From positions 1 to 35,310 of the forward strand of contig JBCCAG010000001.1 in assembly GCA_039814955.1 (NCBI GenBank): DNA of 35,310 bases, written 5' to 3'. The notes beneath the pieces were generated by a model, which did no database searches, was not told the origin of the DNA, and saw only the letters and a list, made by a program, of their open reading frames with translations. The stretch is from Cyanobacteria bacterium P01_A01_bin.135 (GTDB taxonomy: Bacteria; Cyanobacteriota; Cyanobacteriia; CAKZMO01). Positions 8,699 to 15,564 of the stretch are shown here, one piece after another. The translations under genes were made by a program, and so were the position numbers. Position 1 is the first letter of the stretch; each line of letters begins with the position of its first letter.

Positions 8699-10033
8699 TT
8701 AATTGAGAAATTTAGTGTTACTATGTCTCCCCTGTAAACGAAGGCTCTTTTCATCACTAGAAGCTTTCATCACCTCTTGTCTAATCCAATTAATAAAGCA
8801 CTTGCAGCAATGCTCATTCTTCAGCTTCCATTTTTCATCACCCTGATACTCTAGCCAACCAAGAGTATGTTGCATTGTTGTAAAGAGGATCTTATAAAAT
8901 TGCACGAGTTCTCTTGACCTTGCATCAGACTCGTTCATTCTTTCAATCAGAACTGAACTATCAATTATGTAATCACCTTTTTCAATCTCCTTAAATAGGT
9001 GCATCAAATGGCCTATAAATAGAGAAACCGAAATCCCAGAGTTATGGACCGTTTTAATAACTTCATCGAGTTTTTCTCGTTGAATATCTATTGGGTGAAT
9101 ATCTACCGGAATCACGATTTCATTTTCCACTTCAGCGATAAATTCTTTACTACCTCTTATTGTACGGATAATGAGCTTTAAAATTCCAAGCTTTTCCTCT
9201 TTTCTTCGGCCTGAAAGGGCAAATCCAAGAGATATGATCATACTATCAAGGCCTATAGCTAGGCCCATAGAAATTAAGGCAGGCTCTTCAAGTTTTTTTA
9301 TTTTATGATACGGAGCTAATAGTGGAATATCTTGATCTTCATCAATGTACTGCGATCGAGATAGACTTTCTTGATTGATCAGATGGGCAGGCCGAAATTC
9401 TGAAGGTACAGATGCTAAAGCGCTTTTGTCTTTTATGAGTATTTCCTCGGGCGTCAAATCTTTAAGTTCATACTCAAACTTTGGCTTGAGTTGATTTACT
9501 AGGCTACTCAATTGCTCATATTGTGTCTTGATAGCAATAGACTCATTCTCTATTTGTCTAGCTACAGGCCCATAACCTGACTCATTCGTATATAACCCCC
9601 TATCTATTTCTATCGCTAATTGTTTTTGCTTTTCAAGATATTCTGAGTTTAATCTATGAATATCATTCTCAATTGGTGTAAACACTTCTTCCACCAAATT
9701 AAAATGCGCAGAGCTAGCTAGATTTCCAGCTAGCTCTGCTTGTTGACTGCTAGTAAGCTGCTCATAGTAAGAAAAGAAACTTGTATAAACACTCAGAGAA
9801 GCTAAAAATAACGAACTAGTTAGCCTTATAAAAGGAGCATCTTTCACTTGACCAGAGGTAAGGAGAAACAGAAGTGCTTGTATAAAAGTTCCAGCCACAC
9901 CTCCTACGAATATTTTTGGAAATATTTGAATAGCTCCGAATACTGTCGTTGTACCGCTTGCAAGGTTACACATTAGCAAGGTAACAAATAGAATCTTTTT
10001 ATCTTTATATTCTTCGAGTATCGGAGTATTCAT
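8699..10033 (-). CDS. Hypothetical 444-aa membrane protein: 3 N-terminal TM helices, a coiled coil, a 4th TM and a ~170-aa C-terminal domain; compositionally foreign
   Basis: Uninterrupted ORF in a strongly AT-rich block. Hand counts give 37-38% G+C in lines 9001 and 9241, against 62% in line 8401. No HIP1 sites. Hydrophobic segments: ILFVTLLMCNLASGTTTVFGAI, FVGGVAGTFIQALLFLLTS, LTSSLFLASLSVYTSFFSYY and ALISMGLAIGLDSMIISLGFAL. No catalytic motif was recognised. Confidence 0.85.
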   Translation of the reverse strand: MNTPILEEYKDKKILFVTLLMCNLASGTTTVFGAIQIFPKIFVGGVAGTFIQALLFLLTSGQVKDAPFIRLTSSLFLASLSVYTSFFSYYEQLTSSQQAELAGNLASSAHFNLVEEVFTPIENDIHRLNSEYLEKQKQLAIEIDRGLYTNESGYGPVARQIENESIAIKTQYEQLSSLVNQLKPKFEYELKDLTPEEILIKDKSALASVPSEFRPAHLINQESLSRSQYIDEDQDIPLLAPYHKIKKLEEPALISMGLAIGLDSMIISLGFALSGRRKEEKLGILKLIIRTIRGSKEFIAEVENEIVIPVDIHPIDIQREKLDEVIKTVHNSGISVSLFIGHLMHLFKEIEKGDYIIDSSVLIERMNESDARSRELVQFYKILFTTMQHTLGWLEYQGDEKWKLKNEHCCKCFINWIRQEVMKASSDEKSLRLQGRHSNTKFLN

Positions 10034-10200
10034 GAGTACATCCCTTGATAGTTATTACTCAAATGCATCCCGCTTCCCTCAAGCAGGATCCGGTAGTAAG
10101 TTAAAAGAGTACTCTCGCGGGTACCTAGCACTAAAGACATCCCACCTGAAAGATAAGCCTGCGCTAACTTCTTGATGCTCAAACGAATATGTAGCATCAT
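10030..10200 (-). CDS. Unlisted 56-aa ORF (MMLHIRLSIKKLAQAYLSGGMSLVLGTRESTLLTYYRILLEGSGMHLSNNYQGMYS), possibly HTH-like, coupled to the 444-aa gene
   Basis: Found by manual reverse-complement translation; it is below the 60-aa cutoff of the ORF track. ATG at 10200 lies 2 nt after the upstream TAG (10203-10205). Its TGA (10032-10030) overlaps the ATG (10033-10031) of the 444-aa gene as ATGA. The ORF fills the whole spacer. Confidence 0.4.
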   Translation of the reverse strand: MMLHIRLSIKKLAQAYLSGGMSLVLGTRESTLLTYYRILLEGSGMHLSNNYQGMYS

Positions 10201-10202
10201 GG

Positions 10203-10823
10203 CTACTGCCCCAACCGCTTTCTGGCCCCCCGCACACCCCCCAACTGCTTCAGCGTCATCCCCGCCACCAGCGTCACCCCACCCGTGATGTAGAGCCCCT
10301 TATTCCCCGTCCCCATCCCAATAAAGCGGGCAATCCCAAACGCCATCAGGCAGGCGATAATGACGGGCATGATGACCACATACTTCGTGTGCTGGGGGCT
10401 CGCCGACTTGTTCAGCCCCAGCTTCTCATTGCGCACCACCTTCCGGGCCAGCATCGGGTTGCGCCCTGCCAGAGACTGCAGCTCTGCCAGCCGCGCCTTC
10501 TCCACCTGCAGGCCCAGCGGCAGGGCAATCTCAATCTCCTGCATCTCCAGGAAAATATCCTTGCCTGGATTGACGGCGGCGAAGCAGCAGACCCGCACCC
10601 CGCGCACCATCAAATCCTCCAGCCAATAGCGGATACCGGTGGTGAGCCGCTTCGCCTCAGGCAGTACCAGCAGCGTCCGGCCATCCACGTTTTGGGCAAT
10701 CTCATCCTTCAGGACATCCATGGTCAGCCCCTTGTCGTTCTCGTCCGTGGTGGGGATTTGCAGCTGCTCGGCCACCACCTGGAAGAAGCGCTTGCCCGAC
10801 CCCTTGTAGATTGCCATGGCCAC
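10203..10823 (-). CDS. Hypothetical protein with an NTPase-like alpha/beta region lacking intact Walker motifs and two C-terminal TM helices; possibly the 3' part of a frameshifted longer gene starting near 11028
   Basis: The segment AIYKGSGKRFFQVVAEQLQIP...TLLVLPEAKRLTTGIRYWLEDL...VRVCCFAAVNP looks like the post-Walker-A part of a P-loop NTPase, with the Walker-B Asp replaced by Pro. C-terminal TMs: YVVIMPVIIACLMAFGIARFIG and LYITGGVTLVAGMTL. An upstream ORF in another frame (ATG 11028 to TGA 10837) abuts it. Confidence 0.65.
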   Translation of the reverse strand: MAMAIYKGSGKRFFQVVAEQLQIPTTDENDKGLTMDVLKDEIAQNVDGRTLLVLPEAKRLTTGIRYWLEDLMVRGVRVCCFAAVNPGKDIFLEMQEIEIALPLGLQVEKARLAELQSLAGRNPMLARKVVRNEKLGLNKSASPQHTKYVVIMPVIIACLMAFGIARFIGMGTGNKGLYITGGVTLVAGMTLKQLGGVRGARKRLGQ

Positions 10824-11035
10824 GGCCAGCTCGCTCTCATAGCGCTGGGCGATCGCTCGCGGCGCGGGGCAGGCAATCGCGGCTGTCGCGGTGGCCGTAG
10901 GGAAAGCTGACGGCTAGACATCTGCGGCTGAGACGAATAGGGTCTACAGTTCCCTTTACTGGCGGGCGTATAACGCCGCCGGAGGCGTAGAGGGGGGCGA
11001 TCGCGTTAGCGTAGCGGCATCGCCCCATGGCGCAC

Positions 11036-11263
11036 CTAGACATCGTCGCTTTTGGAGCGGCCAGGGCCGGTGGCCTTGCCCCCGAGGAGGCCAAAGACGG
11101 TGAGCAAGCCGACCTGGCAAGCCGTGGTGGAGGTCTCGAAGATTCGCTCTTGGTAGGGGTTGAGGTCATCGGAGCTGGACAGGTGCAGGGAGATGCCGCC
11201 GGTGGCGAGGGTGAGGCAGAGGACTGCGCCGAAGACGGGGCGGAACGAGTTGGGGTTGGGCAT
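11036..11263 (-). CDS. Hypothetical small two-TM protein (75 aa)
   Basis: ATG-initiated ORF with two hydrophobic helices (FRPVFGAVLCLTLATGGISL and ACQVGLLTVFGLLGG). It is the first gene of the minus-strand string, divergent from the NACHT gene. The overlapping plus-strand ORF (11027-11296) looks like a GC-rich antisense artefact. Confidence 0.4.
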   Translation of the reverse strand: MPNPNSFRPVFGAVLCLTLATGGISLHLSSSDDLNPYQERIFETSTTACQVGLLTVFGLLGGKATGPGRSKSDDV

Positions 11264-11386
11264 TGGCTAATACCGAGTGAAGAGCATAGGGCGTAAATAG
11301 TCGCGACGGGTGAACGGCCTATGTCTGTATCATCGGCAATTAGCGCTTAGAGTTCAGTCTCTGTAAGGGTTTCGGAATAGGTGACT

Positions 11387-11416
11387 TTGGTACGACTTTG
11401 GGACAACTTCTATACT
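11387..11416 (+). promoter_or_regulatory. Promoter candidate TTGGTA-N18-TATACT for the NACHT gene, embedded in direct and inverted repeats
   Basis: TTGGTA at 11387-11392 and TATACT at 11411-11416, 29 nt before the ATG at 11445. GACTTTGG occurs twice (11383-11390, 11394-11401). CAACTTC (11404-11410) and GAAGTTG (11418-11424) form an inverted repeat that brackets the -10 element. Confidence 0.3.
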
Positions 11417-11444
11417 TGAAGTTGGAATTTATTCTATTTGAGCC

Positions 11445-13979
11445 ATGGCAAAGCGATCGCTCACGGCATGTCCGGCGGGGATTGAGACGGCCACTACCGC
11501 TTTGACGGATAGGGGGTGGAGCCGTGAGGATTTGGCGGCCAGGGTGGTGATTGAGGGCAAGAGCAGGGCCACGACGGGAGTCGGTATCGGGACGGTGAAG
11601 AGATTCTTTGGCAGCGGGAGCTTAGATCGGAAGTATTTTGTGGGGATTTGTCGGGCGCTGGGGCTGGATTGGGAGGCGATCGCTGGGAAGAAAGGCGCTG
11701 AGCCTGGAAAGGGAAGCGGTGCAGGTTCGGAGGCTGAGGGGCGATCGCCCTCTGAGCTACCACAGCAGGCATCAGTTATCTATGACCTGCGGGGCGCAAA
11801 GTTTGGCGGTGGGGCTGCGATGGGTGGTGTCCACCAGTCGGGAGGCATCCTCAACGATTATTCAGGCAGCAAGGGGGCCAGCGCTCTCGATATCGATGCC
11901 CTGGTCCAAACCGTGCGGGAAAAGGTCCACGACAATATCCAGCAGCGGTGCGGCACCATGCGGGTGCTGGACATGAACCACCCCATTGACCTGACGGATA
12001 TCTACACCAGCGTCAATATTTTGGAGAAGATTACTGGACGGCGGCGGCTGGGGCGAAATGAACTGCTGCAAAACTTAGACCTTGAATACTTCGATCACTT
12101 CATGCTGAGCGACATCCTAGAGAAACGAATACCAGTGCTAGCAGCGGTCGAGGCTCACGACAGGTTGATAATTTTAGGGAAACCAGGAGCGGGGAAAACT
12201 ACCCTCCTTAAACGATTAGCGACGCTCTGTAATCGCGGACAGCTTCAGTCTGATGCCGTCCCTGTTTTCGTAACGCTCAAAGACTTTGCTGAGACCGAGG
12301 ACGAGCTAGATTTGCTGTTGTATATCGGACAACAATTGGAGCAGTATGGGGTTGAAGATGGGGCGATCGCTGCAAAGACACTGTTGCAGGAAGGGCGAGC
12401 GCTGGTACTCTTGGATGGCCTGGATGAGGTACCGGAGAGTGACCATAAACGGGTCATTCGAGACATTCGAGGCATCTATGAACGGTTTACGGGCTGTCAG
12501 TTTGTAATCACCTGTCGCATTGCGGCCCAGGAATATACTTTTGAGCCATTTGTGGAAGTGGAGGTGGCAGATTTTGATAATAAGCAAATTACAGAGTTTG
12601 TTGCCAAATGGTTTCAAATCCAGGAGAACCCCGTCAAGGCGCAGACGTTTCTAAAGCGCCTAGAAAATGACAGGCCCATCAGATTGCTGGCTCGCACCCC
12701 ACTACTTCTAACGCTACTATGCTTAGTCTTTCAGGACGCAGCTGATTTCCCGCGCAACCGCTCTCGGCTCTACAAAGAGATGCTGGACATGCTGCTGAAG
12801 AAGTGGGATGCGAAGCGCAACATTGAGCGAGACCAGGTGTACAAAGCGCTATCGCTACAGCGGAAGGAGGACCTACTGAGCCATGTAGCCTTTGAGGCTT
12901 TCAAACGTGGCGAACATTCATTTGAGCAGGGCGACATTGAGCGACAGATTCAAGGCTACATCCAGAACCTACCGGAGGTCAGCACTGATCTAGATTTCCT
13001 GCAGCTCGATAGCGAAGTCGTTCTCAAATCTATTGAGGCACAGCACGGGCTGCTAGTGGAGCGGAGGCGGGGTACTTACTCTTTTTCACATCCGACGTTT
13101 CACGAATACTTTACTGCCAGCTATATCGCCAGCCTCAACCCAGATAATCTACAGCAGCGCCTGAAAAACATGGCAGCGAATATAACGGAGAAGCGTTGGC
13201 GAGAGGTGTTTTTACTCGTGCCCGAAATGATAAGAAGCGCTGACTATCTTGTACGTCTTATGAAGCAGGAGGCTGATCAGCTCTTAGCGAGAGATGAAAA
13301 GCTGCAGCAGGTAATAGCTTGGGTAAGAACCAAGCAGTTGTCAGTCAATGCTCAAGATATAGGCTTTGAAGTTCGAAAATTTTACTTCAACCGGGTTCTT
13401 GATCTTGACTTTTACCGTAAACAAGACCCTACTCTCAGCCTTGCCCTTGCCCTATACCGCGATATCGAGCTTGCTATTTGGCTTGAACTCTATCGTAATC
13501 CCTACCGTGCCTTGGAACTCGAGCTCGAATCCTATTATGGCCTCGGACAAGCCTTCACATTGGACTGTGACCGCGCTCCCGAGTTTACTCTCAATCGCAT
13601 CCTTGGTCGTGCCTATTCTTTCAACGATCCTACCCGTTTCCTCAATAGCTCACTGGTGGAGGGAGCAGTTGAAGGGCTAAGAGACCAGCTTCCTATACCT
13701 AAAGGCGATCGCTCCGAATTCAGGCAATGGTGGCAATCTAACGGTAAAGCCTGGACCGAACAGCTCAGAGCCGTAATGATAGATCACCGCAACATCGGCC
13801 ACGACTGGCAGTTTACCAGCGAGCAAAAAGCGTTGCTAGAGCAGTACTACGATGCTAACCAACTACTCATCGAATGCCTCAATAGCGATTGCTACATCAC
13901 CCGCGACGTAAGAGAAGAAATCGAAGACACCCTCTTCCTCCCCATTGCCGAAATCGAAGCGCGAAAAGCCAAGCCCTAA
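11445..13979 (+). CDS. STAND NTPase with NACHT domain (bacterial NLR-like): N-terminal HTH module, NACHT, and a C-terminal helical domain typical of cyanobacterial NACHT proteins
   Basis: Walker A is LIILGKPGAGKTTLLKRL and Walker B is ALVLLDGLDEV. The pre-NACHT block (CGTMRVLDMNHPIDLTDIYTSVNILEKITGRRR) and the C-terminal block (RNIGHDWQFTSEQKALLEQYYDANQLLIECLNSDCYITRDVREEIEDTLFLPIAEIE) are as I recall them from cyanobacterial NACHT proteins. The N-terminal ~85 aa is HTH-like. Confidence 0.93.
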   Translation: MAKRSLTACPAGIETATTALTDRGWSREDLAARVVIEGKSRATTGVGIGTVKRFFGSGSLDRKYFVGICRALGLDWEAIAGKKGAEPGKGSGAGSEAEGRSPSELPQQASVIYDLRGAKFGGGAAMGGVHQSGGILNDYSGSKGASALDIDALVQTVREKVHDNIQQRCGTMRVLDMNHPIDLTDIYTSVNILEKITGRRRLGRNELLQNLDLEYFDHFMLSDILEKRIPVLAAVEAHDRLIILGKPGAGKTTLLKRLATLCNRGQLQSDAVPVFVTLKDFAETEDELDLLLYIGQQLEQYGVEDGAIAAKTLLQEGRALVLLDGLDEVPESDHKRVIRDIRGIYERFTGCQFVITCRIAAQEYTFEPFVEVEVADFDNKQITEFVAKWFQIQENPVKAQTFLKRLENDRPIRLLARTPLLLTLLCLVFQDAADFPRNRSRLYKEMLDMLLKKWDAKRNIERDQVYKALSLQRKEDLLSHVAFEAFKRGEHSFEQGDIERQIQGYIQNLPEVSTDLDFLQLDSEVVLKSIEAQHGLLVERRRGTYSFSHPTFHEYFTASYIASLNPDNLQQRLKNMAANITEKRWREVFLLVPEMIRSADYLVRLMKQEADQLLARDEKLQQVIAWVRTKQLSVNAQDIGFEVRKFYFNRVLDLDFYRKQDPTLSLALALYRDIELAIWLELYRNPYRALELELESYYGLGQAFTLDCDRAPEFTLNRILGRAYSFNDPTRFLNSSLVEGAVEGLRDQLPIPKGDRSEFRQWWQSNGKAWTEQLRAVMIDHRNIGHDWQFTSEQKALLEQYYDANQLLIECLNSDCYITRDVREEIEDTLFLPIAEIEARKAKP

Positions 13980-13981
13980 CC

Positions 13982-14653
13982 TCACATCAGCACCGCCAAA
14001 ATCCCAGCCACAGGCCGCCGCTCCCCCCACATCTGCTGCACCATGCTACGCTTCCGCACCGGAATAGACTTCCGATGCCGCCCCTCCCCATCATCCCAGC
14101 AGTAGTAATAGCTCACTGAGGAGTTCTTGCGCCGCTTATTCCCCAACCGCTCCTCAATCCAGCCGCAGGCCTGCCCCTTGGGCACATGCCGCCGCGAGGA
14201 GGCCTGACGCGCTGGCGCGACCAGCTCAGACGGCACAGCCTCAACTAGACTTAGCTGCCCACCATTTCCCCCAGAACAGGGCACAGCCACCAGCGCGCCC
14301 CGCTGGAAGTACCGGCAGATAGCATCCCCATCCAGCAGCACCTTCTCATAGCCCGCCAGCTCCCAGGCGGTAGGGGGCTGCTTCACGGTGCCCTGCCGCC
14401 CGATGTCGTCCTCCAGCCAGGAGGAGGCGACCTGCACCCGGCTACCCATGGCAAAGGGCGGGTAATCCTGTTCTGGGGGAGATGACACCCCATCAATGCC
14501 CTCGGCCACGTGGGGCTGGGGGATGCCGCTGCCGTAGTCAGCAAAGATGATGGTCTCCTGGCCTGCGGGCTGCACCTCGGTGACGATCGCCCTCCCAGCG
14601 CGGGTGGTGATCTGGTTCCCGGCGGCAACGTCCAGAACCCCTGAGGCAGGCAC
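13982..14653 (-). CDS. Hypothetical 223-aa protein downstream of the HNH gene (two SH3/Tudor-like beta segments plus a basic C-terminal motif)
   Basis: GTG start 35 nt after the HNH stop. The stop lies 2 nt from the convergent NACHT stop. The C-terminal motif is GWIEERLGNKRRKNSSVSYYYCWDDGEGRHRKSIPVRKRSMV. No family was recognised. Confidence 0.7.
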   Translation of the reverse strand: MPASGVLDVAAGNQITTRAGRAIVTEVQPAGQETIIFADYGSGIPQPHVAEGIDGVSSPPEQDYPPFAMGSRVQVASSWLEDDIGRQGTVKQPPTAWELAGYEKVLLDGDAICRYFQRGALVAVPCSGGNGGQLSLVEAVPSELVAPARQASSRRHVPKGQACGWIEERLGNKRRKNSSVSYYYCWDDGEGRHRKSIPVRKRSMVQQMWGERRPVAGILAVLM

Positions 14654-14688
14654 CTCAATCGTTAGCTCAAATTACCCTTGGTCGAAGC

Positions 14689-15006
14689 TCATAGCTGACC
14701 CTCCTGCAGTAGGTTGAACTGGCCATGGCGCTCCAGCTTGGCGTAGTGGTTCATAGATTGAAAGGGGCGATCGTGGTTGAGGTGGCATCCAGTACAGAGT
14801 GCCCGCAGGTTGTCGGGCGTGTTATTGCTGGGGTCTTGGTCCAGGTGGGCGACGGTGAGGGTCCAGCGCTGGGGATGGGCCATTACAGCAGTGGCATCGG
14901 TCTCCCCCAGAACACGGGTGATGAAAGTAGGGAGGCTCTCGTGGGGGCGACGGCAGGCCCGACCACAGCCCTGGCAGCGCCAGTCGGCCGCTTCTGACAA
15001 ACCCAT
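14689..15006 (-). CDS. HNH endonuclease (the ORF continues upstream to 15120 as an in-frame fusion with a transposase N-terminal remnant)
   Basis: CxxC (WRCQGCG) and the HNH core (TVAHLDQDPSNNTPDNLRALCTGCHLNHD). An internal Met (MGLSEA) at 15006 is the most plausible HNH-only start. Confidence 0.8.
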   Translation of the reverse strand: MGLSEAADWRCQGCGRACRRPHESLPTFITRVLGETDATAVMAHPQRWTLTVAHLDQDPSNNTPDNLRALCTGCHLNHDRPFQSMNHYAKLERHGQFNLLQEGQL

Positions 15007-15120
15007 CACTCGCAATGCTGCGCTCACCGTTCGTTTTCCTGGTGCTAGGACTGCTCCGCTGACCAGCACCACTGCTGAGTGCCATACTGAGTGGGAGAAC
15101 AGGGGGCAGAACAGCAGCAT
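15007..15120 (-). mobile_element. Remnant: the first ~40 codons of a DDE-type putative transposase, fused in frame to the HNH ORF
   Basis: MLLFCPLFSHSVWHSAVVLVSGAVLAPGKRTVSAALRVMGL matches, from memory, the conserved N-terminus of a putative-transposase family (LF.PLFS..VW..A..L..GA.LAPGKRTV..ALRVMGL). The rest of that transposase is absent. Confidence 0.45.
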
Positions 15121-15198
15121 TAGCGTCGTGAAGTCTATTCGAGCCAGGGTTTCAGCGTTTTACCTATTCTCCTCGCTACTGCCTCCCCCCCAACTCCA

Positions 15199-15564
15199 AT
15201 GGATAAAGTCGAGCCAAATGTGGAGATTGACTGGCGCATTTACCCGATGACGCGGGATATCTCCTTTGCCCGGCATGAGCAGGAGGACCGCAAGTACACC
15301 GTAGTAACCCTGACGTGGCCAAATAGGGACAGTTGTCGGCTGTTGGAGATGGGGCGGCCAGATGGCCATCAAATCTCCAGCCTCATGTTTGTCATCACAA
15401 ACTGTTCGATGGGGCCGGATGAGCAGGTTTCCTTGGCGGCCCGAATCCTTGAGCGGTTGCTGAATGACGCGCTTATCCCCGGTGGAAACAAGATGCTTGC
15501 ACTCGTTGAGCAGGCTGTCTCTGAGCAGGCTAACCCACATCACCATCAGTCGTGCGTCAGGTAA
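15199..15564 (+). CDS. Hypothetical 121-aa protein
   Basis: ATG ORF with protein-like composition and codon usage. The overlapping 173-aa minus-strand ORF is R/S/P/W-rich and looks spurious. No SD sequence and no family recognised. Confidence 0.4.
   Translation: MDKVEPNVEIDWRIYPMTRDISFARHEQEDRKYTVVTLTWPNRDSCRLLEMGRPDGHQISSLMFVITNCSMGPDEQVSLAARILERLLNDALIPGGNKMLALVEQAVSEQANPHHHQSCVR

Noticed and set aside
10360-10910. Plus-strand ORFs (89 and 173 aa) opposite the 206-aa gene
   Set aside because: They are Q/L/R/H-rich antisense artefacts. The minus-strand frame has a coherent alpha/beta-plus-TM organisation.
10840-10915. Possible intact Walker A motif hidden in one of the three frames upstream of the 206-aa ORF
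   Set aside because: I translated all three minus-strand frames (AVSFPYGHRDSRDCLPRAA, AFPTATATAAIACPAP and LSLRPPRQPRLPAP). None contains GxxxxGK[ST], so no functional P-loop can be claimed.
11027-11296. 89-aa plus-strand ORF opposite the 75-aa two-TM ORF
   Set aside because: It is a G/A/E/D-rich low-complexity antisense artefact. The minus-strand ORF has an ATG start and two hydrophobic helices, although it is only moderately supported itself.
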